From Octopus sinensis (Eukaryota), in NCBI RefSeq assembly GCF_006345805.1, contig NC_043005.1, forward strand, positions 15,438,001 to 15,502,000: a DNA stretch of 64,000 nucleotides, given 5' to 3'. Below, piece after piece: positions 1 through 12,669 of the stretch (position 1 is the stretch's first letter; the number at the start of each line of letters is the position of its first letter). The translations under genes were made by a program, and so were the position numbers. The notes under the pieces were generated by a model. It was not told the origin of the DNA, did not search any database, and saw nothing but the letters and a program-made list of their open reading frames with translations.

Positions 1-141
1 TAGTTTTTCCATTGACAACAACTTGTGACGGTAGTGAAAAGAAAATATTCTTTCAAAAAGTTCTTAGTTTCTTTACACACACACACACATATATATATAT
101 TTACATACTGTAATAAATATAGCATTTTTATTTATTTCCAG

Positions 142-221
142 TGTCCTGCTATTGACTACACAAGACATACATTAGATGGAGCTGCTTGTCTATTAAATAG
201 CACTAAGTATTTTCCAAGCCG
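142..221 (+). CDS. MOB4: MOB4/phocein internal coding exon ([27 protein letters not shown])
   Basis: Peptide matches the recalled conserved MOB4 sequence; ttccAG acceptor at 140-141, GTaagt donor at 222; ends in phase 2, matching the next exon. Confidence 0.95.
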
Positions 222-489
222 GTAAGTCTCTAATCTTAATTATGTTTTTAGTAATCCTAAATAATGAACAATAATTGCTATGCTTTTGTTATTCAAAAGA
301 AAAGTGTTTGATTGTAGATTTGAATGTTATCCATCATTGCATTTAAATATTTGTATATAGTAGACTGGAGAGAGATGAAGGCAGTATGCTCTGTTGGATG
401 TGCAACACCAATGAGTATGTACAATAAAGTGCAAATGTAATGAGCAAAAAATTGGGCATAAGAGGACTCAAATGTAGCATGCAAGAGAG

Positions 490-730
490 AAGACTACATT
501 GGTTTGGATATGTGATACATATGAATGAGGACAGCTGCATAAAAAAGTGCTGATCACTGAAAGTGGATGGTACCCACAGAAGAGAGAGACCCAGGAATAC
601 ATAGGATGAAGTGATAAGGACTGATCTCAGGATGTTGGACCTCATGGAGGAAATGACAATGGACCGAGATGTGATATGAGGTTCTTGAGAAGATCCACCC
701 ACGTCAGCGAAACTGACTTCTAGATGCACC
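490..730 (+). mobile_element. Degenerate RTE-clade LINE 3' fragment
   Basis: Translates to HMNEDSCIKKC*SLKVDG...RERPRNT*DEVIRTDLR, resembling the RTE RT C-terminal region; contains stops. Confidence 0.5.
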
Positions 731-2217
731 CTATGTTCCACCCACACATAACAAGAAAGCTTTTCACACACTCTACCCCAACAAACCAAACTATATCTCT
801 TCTCTTCCTCACATCTCTTTCATGCCCTATGCTTACCTTTCACTCTCCGATCCTGTCCTCACATCCTTCTTCACTGTATCATTACCTCTCAGTAGCTACC
901 CCCTCTATATACCCAAGTTTTCATCACTCACTGCATTCCCCTCCCTCACTCTTTACTTATGCTTCTTTGGTAATGTCTTGCCACTTATATTATTACCTCT
1001 GTGCCTCAAGGGTATGCCTTGGCACTTTCCACCATCTATTTTTCTCTTTTACTCGACCATCCCATTTATATTCTGATCCCTGTTCCTTTTGAATGTGCCC
1101 AGCACTTTGCCATCATCTCTCTTGAGCTCTTGCTGTCTTCCACTCTCTCTCTCCTTCTGCTCTTCTCTTAGGCTGGGTAACCATGTATCTCCATTACAGC
1201 AGCACACCTGTATCTGTCTTTATTCCTGATCATTCTCTCTCTCTCTCTGGCCAGGTTAACCATATACCTCCTCTATAGCAAGACACCAGTTTCTGTCTCT
1301 CTGTCTTACTATGACCTTTCATCATCCGACACAAGATCACCTCCTCCAATACCCACTCTCCGCTCAAAGGATCTTTGTCTTGCAAATTACTTGGTGACCC
1401 TGCCAGTGCTGATGCCATGTAAAAAGCATCCCGTACACTTTGTAAAGTGGTTGGTATTTGGAAGGGCATCCAGCTGTAAAAACCTTACCAAAACTGACTT
1501 CACCTGTGCTTGGGCCATGTAAAAAGCACTCAGTCTACTCTACTGGGTGGTTGGTGTTAGGAAGAGCATCCAACTATAAAATCCCTGTCACTACACAAAT
1601 CACAGGAGTCCTGGGTGCTGGCTCCTGCCAATGGCCGACCTCCTTGTCAAACCCTTCCAAACCTTGCAATGTCCACTGAATGCGGTATGTTAACAATTAT
1701 TTGATGATATTCCATTAAGTTTAAATAAGAAATCTTTGTATCAAGTCATTTGAGTTTAGCCAGCTCCTGCCTGGCCGGCTCCTGTCAAACCGTCCAACCC
1801 ATGCCAGCATGGAAGGCGGACATTAAACAATGATGATGATGATATTCCATTAATTTAAATAAGAAATCTTTGTATGCATGTCATGTTGAGTTTTCTAACA
1901 CCATTGCTAAAGCGGATTTATTCCAGTATTCCAAAGAGTAAACTGAAGTAAAATGATGCACCAGTGTTTCAAGCTAATGAAATAGTTGTTGGCCATACAA
2001 TATGCCAAATGTTTACTGCTATGAGCTATACTTTACCTTAATACTCATTTATTTCTAGATTAAATGAATTACTAAGAATCGCATATATTGACAACAGGTA
2101 GCATATATAGGCATACATAGGTATAGGTGTGGAAATTGTAATTGTCTTCACTGGCATGCTGAAATATCTTTAATATCTTGCTGCATTTTTAAAATTCTAT
2201 TTATTATTTATTTGCAG

Positions 2218-2329
2218 GGTCAGTATAAAAGAGTCATCCGTAGCCAAGCTCGGGTCTGTTTGTAGAAGGGTCTATCGAATATTTTCTCACGCTTATTTTC
2301 ATCACAGAATGCTGTTTGACAAATTTGAG
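2218..2329 (+). CDS. MOB4: MOB4 penultimate coding exon ([37 protein letters not shown])
   Basis: tttgcAG acceptor and GTaatt donor; 112 nt, phase 2 to 0; near-identical to the recalled MOB4 C-terminal half. Confidence 0.95.
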
Positions 2330-2520
2330 GTAATTTCCCGATCTTTTTTTTGAAAATATATTTACTATTTGTGTTTAAAAAAAATTGTTCTTGTAAGCAG
2401 TGGCATAATGTTGGCAGATTTATGCATTTGCATATTGTTGAAATAATCCTTTTTACTGGTAGATGAATAGTCATCCTACTTTTGATTGTAAATGTGGATT
2501 AAAAGGGCTACTGTTACGTT

Positions 2521-2892
2521 ATTACCTCCGCCTTCACTAAGGCGGAGTTATTGTTTTCAGTCGTGTTTGTTTGTTTGTTTGTCTGTAGCATGATATCCCA
2601 AGAACCACCAGATGGATTCGAATGAAACTTTCAGGGATGTTTGGCCTTGTGACTAGCATGAACAGATTACATTTTGGGATTGATCCGGTACCAGATAAGG
2701 ATTCTGGATTATTTTTCCTGTTTTTTTTTACTTAATTTTTGAGAGCGGTCGGGTTCACTTTTAGTATTCTCGTTTGTGAGAGCAGTCGAGTTTATTTCAG
2801 ATATTCTTGTTTTAAAAATCGTCTCTGGCTAATTGTTGAGAGGACGTTGGTGTTACCTTGGTGGAGGTTTGCGCTCTCTGAGTTCTCTTGTC
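2521..2892 (+). mobile_element. Non-autonomous Helentron/DINE-1-like element (HINE)
   Basis: 5' attacctccgcc...ggcggag hairpin, (GTTT)n microsatellite, 3' inverted ggtggaggtttgcgctctctgag end; this architecture is typical of DINE-1-like elements. Confidence 0.6.
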
Positions 2893-3269
2893 TTTTTTTT
2901 TATTCTATTTAGTTTCTGTGAAGTCAGATTCACTGGTGACCTACTCTCTTCTGTCACTCACTAGTAGGCTCTTTACATTCTGAGTTCAAATCATGCTAAA
3001 GTCAGCTGGGTCTTTCATCCATCTGGGGTTGATAAAATACAGTACTAGTTAGGTATTGAGGTCAATGGTATCAACTAAACCCCTAGCTTATAATCAAGGG
3101 TCCTTTAGGAATATTCATCTGTTCAATTTTCAAGCATCTTTCTTAGGATCCTTGTAGTTTCTAGGTAAAACAATTTTCTCTGTTGGAATTTTAATCCCAA
3201 TCTTTTCCAGTTATAATTACATTTTCTTCATGCTTATACCAAAAGTGCCCACTACCCTGGTACAATTTC

Positions 3270-4210
3270 AACTTATTTATGCTTCACATCCTTGCAACTT
3301 CGTTTTTCAGATTTTGGAATTTGTCAATTTTTTCTTGTTCGTTCTCACACTCTCTGTTGTCCCTTGGAAATGCTCTTTTGTGCAGTGTCTTTCTTTTTGA
3401 TAACTCTAACAAGTCATGGTCTTCTTGTCTTAAAATCTTGATCATACTGAATGATGAAATACCACAACTTTCTCATTTTCTTTCACTACATTAGGTTAAT
3501 GTTCATACCATCTATCAGCTCTCTACAAATTATATCCTCCACATAGTTCCCATTGAACAATATGAAATATTATGTTTGATCTTTTCACCTTTTATACCAC
3601 ACAGTTTGCTTAAGTGGGATTCAACAATTTTATCATCTTCATATTTCACATAGTTTCTTCTAAGCGCTTTTTCTTGTGTTACTCAGATTAATGCTTCTTT
3701 TCAAATGTTTAGGTTTGATTTGCACAGCCATTTTCATATCAGAGATATCAGTAATGGTGAAGATAATCCACGCTTGTAACTTATTTCTCCATCTCTGGAC
3801 AAATCCTCCATGCATTGTTTTTCCCTCTTCATCACATCTGCTTTTCCTCTCTTCTGATTCCCTTATGTTCATCCTTATCAATGCTGTCTCTGCTGTGTCA
3901 CTCCAACGATGGTTCTGAACAATTACATTCTTTTTGCTTCTTTTACTTTCCTTGCAACTTACCAAATCTCTTCTTACACTTTTCCTAAGCAGGCAAAGCC
4001 ATTGAATATCACTTTTCAGAGCAATGCTCCCTGAGATGTCTTCAATTTCTTAGTCTTTACTTTCCAACTTCTGGAGTTTTTCCATATTCTTTTGACAACC
4101 CCCTGCTTCCATTTTATTACAGATACAACACATATTTATTGCTAATATGTTTTGTTCATATAATTTCATTCTTCTCTGGTATTCTTTACCAGATAGTTCC
4201 TTCATTGCAA
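3270..4210 (-). mobile_element. Highly decayed LINE ORF1-like relic (CR1/L2/Jockey-like)
   Basis: Purine-rich on the minus strand; fragments CCICNKMEAGGC (PHD-like) and RSKKNVIV resemble LINE ORF1 motifs; many stops. Confidence 0.3.
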
Positions 4211-4226
4211 TCTCTTTGATATTGTT

Positions 4227-4580
4227 CATCATCATCATCATCATCGTTTAACGTCCGCTTTCCATGCTAGCATGGGTTGGACGGTTCAACTGGGGTCTGG
4301 GAAGCCCGAAGGCTTCACCAGACCAGTCAGATCTGGCAGTGTTTCTACAGCTGGATGCCCTTCCTAACGCCAACCACTCCAGGAGTGTAGTGGGTGCTTT
4401 TTATGTGCCACCGACACAGGTGCCAGACGAGGCTGGCGAATGGCCACGCTCGGATGGTGTTTTTTTGTGCCACCGACACAGGTGCCAGACAAGGCTGGCG
4501 AACGGCCACGCTCGGATGGTGTTTTTTACGTGCCACCGGCACGGAGGCCAGGCGAGGCTGGCACGGCCACGATCGGATCC
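4227..4580 (-). mobile_element. SINE-like element with (ATG)n tail and internal ~61-bp tandem repeats
   Basis: Family also at 5268-5606, 47600-47815, 51845-52090 and 56545-56845; shared ggaagggcatccagctgtagaaac core and ...gcggacgttaaacgatgatg end. Confidence 0.8.
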
Positions 4581-5267
4581 ATTCTCTTCCATATCCTTCA
4601 CCACCATCTGCTAACAATATCTTCCTCCTTTTATTATAAGTATACCATACTTCTTTGTCCTAATTTCCATTCCTGTGTTGTTGCTAAATATATGAATTGT
4701 TGGAACTTAATCTATCTGTTTTCACTTACCTTGAACAGTTAAGCTCATTTATTCATCCTCATTCATAGCCATCACCTGTCTCTTGTTTTCTCAACATCTT
4801 CACTGTCATGCACAATACAAACAATAGGGTAACATACTGTCACTTTGAACTATTTGAACATAGTTTTTTGGAGAGCAATATTCATTAACGGTAGCGTGCT
4901 GGACATTTGCATCATTGAGTTACGTCCCCTTAATGCCTGAGTTATTTCTCAGCTATGTGGGTTTTGGGTTCGATCTCATTGGGCAGAACCTCTGTTCCAC
5001 TTTAGCCTGAATTAGACCAATGCTTTTTTGAGTGAAATTTAGAAGATAGGAACTGTGAGGAAACTATTGTCTCTAACTCTCTCTCTCTCTGTATATACAG
5101 TGTGTTCAGGGTAAATTTGACAGTTTGCATAAAAGGAAATGCTCGCTGTGTCCCTTTTTGCTCACCACAGCTTTGTAGTTTCTGTTAAAGCTGTCCATGT
5201 CATGGCTTTACAGCTTTTATAGTATTCACTGAGTATTGAGCAGCAGTGATGATGTCATCATTTTGAT

Positions 5268-5606
5268 AGCCTCGCCTGGCCTCTGTGGCGGTGGCACGTA
5301 AAAAACACCATCCGAGCGTGGCCGTTTGCCAGCCTCGTCTGGCACCTATGTCGGTGGCACATAAAAAGCACCAACCCGACTGTGGCCGTTCGCCAGCCTC
5401 GTCTGGCACCTGTGTCGGTGGCACATAAAAAGCACCCACTACACTCATGGAGTGGTTGGCGTTAGGAAGGGCATCCAGCTGTAGAAACACTGCCAGATCT
5501 GACTGGCCTGGTGCAGCCTTCGGGCTTCCCAGACCCCAGTTGACACGTCCAACCCATGCTAGCATGGAAAGCGGACGTTAAACGATGATGATGATGATGA
5601 TGATGA
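5268..5606 (+). mobile_element. Same SINE-like family, inverted relative to 4227-4580
   Basis: Reverse complement of the 4227-4560 copy, including the internal repeats. Confidence 0.85.
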
Positions 5607-5847
5607 ATGTGAATCATCATAACACAAGTAACTAATTTCCAATATGCAGAAGGCTCCCAACCCTCCATGTCAGCTAACTTTGTCTCAGCTACAACTTCAA
5701 TTTTTATGCTCTCTAATGCTGTTGACTGTTCACCAATACATCAAGCTGTTCCTCAAAAAAGGAGGCAAAAATTCGTCAGATTTAGCCTGAACATCTTGTG
5801 TGTGTTTGTGGTTGGGTGTGTGCCTATCACTACTATAATATGGCGGC

Positions 5848-6044
5848 AGGCTGGCAGAAACGTTAGCACACCGGGCGAAATGTGTAGCCGTATTTCGTCT
5901 GGCATTACGTTCTGAGTTCAAATTCCGCCTAGGTCGACTTTACCTTTCGGGTCGATAAATTAAGTACCAGTTACGCACTGGGGTCGATATAACCGACTTA
6001 ATCCGTTTGTTTGTCCTTGTTTAGCCCCTTGTGGGTAGTAAACA
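5848..6044 (+). mobile_element. tRNA-derived SINE family A with 15-bp TSD
   Basis: B-box-like gagttcaaattcc; flanked by actactataatatgg on both sides; duplicated at about 6728-6930. Confidence 0.85.
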
Positions 6045-6530
6045 AATAACTACTATAATATGGTGAAAGATGTAAATGTGAATGAAAATAAACAGTAAAC
6101 AGGTGCTTACAAACAAAAAAGGACTTGTGGTACCTGTCTGCCTTAATTACACAGATACTCCCTGTCAGTCTTATCATTTTAAATGTAGCGAATCATAGAT
6201 AGGCACATCGAAAAGCTGTAACCAGCAGTATTATTCAGGTTATCCTTCAGCATTAGATATTTACAAACTTACCCCAGTACTGGCATTGATTATATTTCCT
6301 TTCCTTCTCATTCTTCCTCTTCAAATTCTGTCCTACTACTAAATTAAAAAAATTATTAATTACAGTCCACTCTGCTGTTGGTTGGTGTTGAGAAAGGCAT
6401 CTAGCTGTAAAAATCCTGCCAAAACAGTCACAGAAGTCTTGTGCAGGCTTCTGTCTGATGATGATGATGATTGCTATTTAAAAAAAAATTTTTTTCTCTT
6501 CTTCTTAGAGAGACTTCTTTTTCTTCCTTT

Positions 6531-6626
6531 ATGCAATGAGACTAATCTATTGTAGAAAAACGTTTACCCCAAAAACATTTGTTACCAAATTAATCTGATG
6601 CCGAAGGACAGTCTGATAGTACCAAT
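6531..6626 (+). pseudogene. Degenerate partial copy of the MOB4 last exon within a tandem duplication
   Basis: Same sequence as 7427-7509 but with indels and no AG acceptor (tttatgcaatgag vs tttcagaatgag). Confidence 0.8.
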
Positions 6627-7426
6627 TCAAGCTGTTCCTCAAAAAAGAGGCAAAAATTCGTCAGATTTAGCCTGAACATCTTGTGTGTTTTTGTTGTGTG
6701 GGTTGTGCCTATCACTACTATAATATGGCGGCAGGCTGGCAGATAACGTTAAGCACCCGGGCGAAATGTGTAGCCGTATTTCGTCTGGCATTACGTTCTG
6801 AGTTTCAAATTCCGCTAGGTCGACTTTAACCCTTTCGGGATCGATAATTAAGTACCAGTTACGCACTGGGTCGATATAACCGACTTAATCCGTTTGTTTG
6901 TCCTTGTTTAGCCCTTGTGGTAGTAACAAATAACTACTATAATATGGTGAAAGATGTAAATGTGAATGAAAATAACAGTAAACAGGTGCTTACAAACAAA
7001 AAAGGACTTGTGGTACCTGTCTGCCTTAATTACACAGATACTCCCTGTCAGTCTTATCATTTTAAATGTAGCGAATCATAGATAGGCACATCGAAAAGCT
7101 GTAACCAGCAGTATTATTCAGGTTATCCTTCAGCATTAGATATTTACAAACTTAACCCAAGTACTGGCATTGATTATATTTCCTTTCCTTCTCATTCTTC
7201 CTCTTCAAATTTCTGTCCTACTACTAAATTAAAAAAATTATTAATTACAGTCCACTCTGCTGGTTGGTTGGTGTTGAGAAAGGCATCTAGCTGTAAAAAT
7301 CCTGCCAAAACAGTCACAGAAGTCTTGTGCAGGCTTCTGTCTGATGTTAAACGTTGATGATGATGATGATTGCTATTTAAAAAAAAATTTTTTTCTCTTC
7401 TTTAAAGTTCTTTTTCTTCCTTTCAG

Positions 7427-7552
7427 AATGAGACTAATCTTTGTAGACGGTTTACCACATTTGTTACCAAATATAATCTGATGCCGAAGGACAGTCTGAT
7501 AGTACCAATTCTGGAAGACCAGGCTTCTCTGAATGGGGAGAGCGAAGCTTGA
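7427..7552 (+). CDS. MOB4: MOB4 last coding exon ([41 protein letters not shown])
   Basis: Polypyrimidine tract plus tttcAG; 42 codons including TGA; C-terminal ESEA as in MOB4; several AATAAA downstream. Confidence 0.95.
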   Translation, partial: NETNLCRRFTTFVTKYNLMPKDSLIVPILEDQASLNGESEA

Positions 7553-7984
7553 TTTGAAAAATAAAAGTGACTACTGTTAAAAAAAACCCCCAAAAACCAA
7601 AAACTTAAAATTACTGTACTGTTTCTGCTTGGCTAAGTAAAAACTGTTTTTACTTAAATAATAGTAGCCAGGGTTTGACAACCAGTTTCTCTACTGATGA
7701 CAACTGTGAACACCTTAATAAACCAATTACACAAATGTAGCAAAGTGTATTGGGAGTTGTTGCAAGTAGGAAGAAACTACGAAGAGCTTCAACACTAGAA
7801 GTGTTAACTGGTCTTTTTCTGACCATTTTATTTTCTATTATAATCTTATTTATGTTTAAATTGACATACTAGATTCTTAACATATAAAAAAAGATCAGCA
7901 ATTAAACAGAATCTGTTAAAAATCGACAAACTTAAAAAAAAATAGAAATATATACAGGTTACGTTATTGCTGATTGAAATAAAA

Positions 7985-8276
7985 TATATGTATATATTAT
8001 TTACAAGATATGTGTATATATGTGTGTCTGTATATATATATATATATATATATAAACATGTATATTATAATAGATATACATATATATATTATGTATAGTG
8101 TATATGTGTATATATATATATATTTATATATAATTTACATGTGTAAATATGCACACATTTAATTACATAAAAGTGTATGTACACATTTATATACATATAA
8201 ATATATATATATATATATATACATACACACACACACACGTGTATATGTATGTATATATATATGTGTGTATATACAC

Positions 8277-8313
<37 letters not shown>

Positions 8314-8450
8314 GTGTGTATATTATATACATATTTACATGGTTATTTTCTGTATAGTGTGTGTATGTATATATTTATATATATATATATATTATATATA
8401 TATATATATAAATTATACATGTACATATTTATGTGTATGTATATATATAG
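7985..8450. repeat. Compound (TA)n/(TG)n low-complexity tract downstream of the MOB4 stop
   Basis: Direct inspection. Confidence 0.9.
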
Positions 8451-10644
8451 TGTTTGACTATAAATGACCAACACTTGCTTTTCGTACAACTAGATCGTTT
8501 GGTACTTCCAGTACTAAAAATTGATGGTGACTTCCAATGTTAACTTCACTCCCTACAGTGATGTCTTTGTGTTCCATCCCCTCTTTTATTTTTGCAAACC
8601 CCAATTTTAAATTTATTTTTATTTATTAAACTATTTATATTAACCTGATTTTGACGTTGAAAACTGATAATAATGTGTAGGTTTCTTTTTATTCATACGA
8701 TGCATAACAACCAAGATCTGAAGAGGATTTGATCCTCCCTCATTCACTCTGTTACATTTCACCTTCATAGAAGAAAAATCCTGTACTATTATTTTTTCGT
8801 TTTGTATTTCTAACCAACCCTCCGAAAAAGAAAAATCAAAAGTAAACTCTTAAACGAAAATAAGTGAATAAATAAAAAGAAAATATATATCTAAAAGCAT
8901 TATTTTGTTTAACAAATTTTTGCCAGATGTATGCATTTTCTGAATCTATCATATCCCAGACACCAGTCACCCATCTGTAGTAACAGAACTACACACACAT
9001 CTATGTATACTTCATTACCAAAATGCAATGTTAGGTAACAGCTTGGCAGTTAGTTCCTGCAATGATGGCAGCTGCAGTTGTTTTGCATTGATTCATAGAA
9101 TCCTCACATTGGTTATTTGTAATGTATATATAGGAGCATGCCATGTAATTTCTAAGAAGCTTATGTATTTTGAGGGTTGGGGTTGGCATGACTACCTATA
9201 TGTATCATCATCATTGTCTTTATGTCCACCTCATGTTAGCATAAGCTTGATGGGACATTTTGGGCAGTATTTTACACACATACACACACACACACACACA
9301 TATACGTAATTAAAACAGCATGGTTATAATTGTGGTCAGGAGGTTTGCTTCCTAATCATGTGGTACTGAATTTAATCTCACTGCACTGCACCTGGGCAAG
9401 TGTTTTCTACTTCATTCACAGGTCAACAAAAACTTTGGGAGTGGGTTTGGTTGACAGAAACTGAAAGAAGCCCATTGTGTGTGTATTGCTCATTTCCTGT
9501 CTTCCGTGGAAACCATGTGTGGCTGTGGGAAAAAATTAATTTGCTTGGAAATAGATGAGGGTTGGTGACAGGAAGCTCATACAGCTGTAGAAAGTTCACC
9601 TCAACAAATTCTGTGTGACCCTAACAAGCATGGAAAGTGGATGTTAAAGCAGTCATGATCTCTCTCTCACACACACACAGTATTAACAGTATATTTTTCA
9701 ATTTAAAAGTATAAATGATATAAGTAAATTTAGTAAAAACACAGGATGAAGTAAATATGAAAACATTTTTATTTCATTTGAAACTATCATTGAAACATAA
9801 ATAATCCTTTCTATTATAGGCACAAGGCCTGAAGTTTTGGGGGAGAGGACTAGTCAATTACATTGACCCCAGAATTTCACTGGTACTTAATTTATCGATC
9901 CCTAAAGGATGAAAGGCAAAGTCAACCTTAGCGGAACTTGAACTCAGAACACAGCAACAGGTGAAATACTGCTAAGCATTTTGTCCAGTGTGCTAACGAT
10001 TCTGCCAGCTCGCCGCCTTAATTATTGAACATAATAATATATTATCCTGCATTCTTGATATTCCTTAATTCTTAAAATAATTTGCAAAATAGGTAGAGTG
10101 GTTGAAACTGGGATGTTGAGAAGCAAATCACTTATGGGAATATAGTCATTCTTTATAATGTGCAGAAATTGGAGTGTTCAGCAATCATCTGTAATTTTGA
10201 ATATTCTACTTGCATTATATGCATAGATTAATAAATTTTATTAAGAGCTGTGATGAGTCCAAATTTATGTATCAGGTCTGTACTCATCATAACCTTTGAA
10301 ATTCTGAACATTGTTATGGCAGCACTTCAGGATAGTCTTCTATTCTTTTACTTGTTTCAGTCATTTCACTGTGACCATGCTAGAGCACTGCCTTAAAAAT
10401 ACCAAGATTTTTTTGTTTACCAGCAGAAACAGAAATATAGAAATTATGGGGTTAGGAAGGGCATCCAGCTGTAGAAACCATGCCAAAATAGACAACTGGA
10501 GTTGGTGTGACTCTCGGCCTCAGCAGCGGCTGTCGAACTGTCCAACACATGCCAGCATGGACAACAAATGTTAAATGATGATCGGGTCAATCATTTATTG
10601 AGCATCCTACCGGTTTGGTACAGCCTGTAATTCAAAATATATTC

Positions 10645-10980
10645 ATGGGTGTAGGAGTGGCTGTGTGGTAAGTAGCTTGCTTATGAACCACATAGTTCCG
10701 GGTTTAGTCCCACTGCGTGGCACCTTGGGCAAGTGTGTGTATATGGGCTGACTAAAGCCTTGTGAGTGGATTTGGTAGATGGAAACTGAAAGAAGCCTGT
10801 CGTATGTGTGTATGCCTGTGTGTCTGTTTGTTTCCTCCCCCCAACCATCGCTTGACAACTGATGTTCATGTGTTATCGTCCCTGTAACTTCGCAGTTCGA
10901 GAAAAGAGACCGATAGAATAAGCCTTGTGAGTGGATTTGGTAAACGGAAACTGAAAGAAGCCCATCGTATGTATGTATGT

Positions 10981-11015
<35 letters not shown>

Positions 11016-11200
11016 CATATGTGTGTGTCTGTCCCCTCAATGTCGCTTGACAACAGATACTGGTGTGTTTATGTCACCGTAACTTAGCGGTTCGGCAAAA
11101 GAGTCTGATAGAATAAGAACTAGGCTTACAAAGAATAAGTCCTGGGATCGATTTGTTCGACTAAAGGTGGTGCTCAAGTGAAAGAGTAAAAGAGTAAAAG
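10645..11200 (+). mobile_element. tRNA-derived SINE family B with an internally duplicated body
   Basis: ggagtggctgtgtggtaag head, gcaccttgggcaagtg body; segment agccttgtgagtggatttgg...gaagcc occurs twice; gtaaaaga tail. Confidence 0.8.
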
Positions 11201-11489
11201 AATGTTTACTTTTCCGAAACCTCCTTATTTTAACCGTTTAATGCACCACCTTTCCTCGATTGAAACATTAAAAACCTAATGTGTGAAATGAGGTGTAATA
11301 AAAGAAAATACAGTTGTTTAAAATCTCATCTTTCTTGCTTTTGATGAGGCACCTCACTTCAACCGGCGCCGGGTGCACATGCCCCCTTGTCCCCCCACCC
11401 ATAGTTATTCTGCAGCTGTTGTGTTGTCTATATTGCCAAGTGTTGTAGCAGACGCGAAACCAACGGAATATGCCATAGGGTAAAAACCT

Positions 11490-11805
11490 CCTTCAGTCAT
11501 GAATGATCATGGGATTGCACCTAGAAAGTTACCCCCTGATGCACAAGTCTGAGCTAGGTTGTTTTATGGAAGACCAGCAGTCGCCCATGCATACCAGCCT
11601 TCCCTTTCCACGCCACTGATTTTATCCAAGAGAAAGGTCAAAGGTCGATACAGCTTGGCACCGGTTGCAACTTATTTCTACATTTGAGTGAACTGGAGCA
11701 ACGTGTTGCTCAAGAATACATTGCACGGCCCAGTCTGGGAATCGAACTCACTACCCCATGATTGTGAGCCCGACGCTCTAGCCATTGAACCATGCGCCTT
11801 CAGGT
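11490..11805 (-). mobile_element. tRNA-derived SINE (head 2 + tail 4)
   Basis: Same structure as 59345-59685; tRNA-like head ending ccatgcgccttc on the plus strand. Confidence 0.75.
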
Positions 11806-11851
11806 TATATGCCATAACTGAGGATATACTACTCGACTACACACAGGCGCG

Positions 11852-11897
<46 letters not shown>

Positions 11898-11898
<1 letters not shown>

Positions 11899-12393
11899 TC
11901 AAAATAAGCAAAGAGGATATCCAAGGTAGAGTAGTACAATTGTTTCATACTACTTCATTTTATTAAATACTGTAAGTATTACATCAGTTTTAAAATGTCG
12001 AGCAATCTTCAGCCACATATAGAATTTTCCAATTGAACGGACAATGCACATTCTTATCCCTATTTCATTTGCCAACATTATAAAGAGGCTAGATATATAG
12101 CCAGAGAAGTTAATATCATTCTTAAGAAATGAAATTAACCTCTCTGGTTCATTCTTAAGAATGAAATTAACCCCTCAGGAAAATTCTATATGTGGCTGAA
12201 GATTGCATGACATTTTAAAACTGATGTAATACTTAGTGTTTAATGAAATGAAGTAGCATGAAACAATTGTACTACTCTACCTTGGATATCCTTTTTGCTT
12301 ATTTTGATTATAATCACCCCATTTGATTTATATGGATAATACCATACAAAATTCTGGTGCCTTTAACTTAAGTACCATATTTATCTGAATCTA
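11898..12393. mobile_element. Fold-back element with ~130-bp inverted arms abutting (TA)n; possible Penelope-like terminal remnant
   Basis: 11898-12030 is the reverse complement of about 12176-12308; 12309-12393 is homologous (inverted) to about 61652-61740. Confidence 0.65.
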
Positions 12394-12669
12394 AATTTTG
12401 CTGAACTTATATACGTTCGTTCATACACACACACATTTATTACTTCATCATCTCCTGAGTACGACCACAAAGTTGCTCACTATTTTCTATCTCTCTAATT
12501 CTCTGTCTCCATATCTTTTTCATTTTCTATCGCAATGTCATTCCCACGCAGAGATTCTCTTAAATGACGAAAACAGAGCCAATTAAAATAAAATTAGCCA
12601 TAACGAGAAACGTACTAAAACATTTTGGCTGTCGTGTATGACATAAACGAATAAGTAAATAAATCGAAA

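Larger units (their letters stand above)
5741..7509. repeat. Tandem duplication of about 885 bp (5741-6626 / 6627-7509)
   Basis: Both copies start tcaagctgttcctc and end gatagtaccaat; differences are mostly small indels near the junction. Confidence 0.92.

Noticed and set aside
4399-4545. ~61-bp tandem units as a CRISPR-like array
   Set aside because: The units are contiguous with no unique spacers, lie inside a eukaryotic SINE-like family and have no cas genes nearby.
9030-9155. Minus-strand frame ending ...KTTAAAIIAGTNCQAVT* as a possible USP37 C-terminus
   Set aside because: Lacks the GYIFFY-type motif, has a weak acceptor and no linking His-box exon was found.
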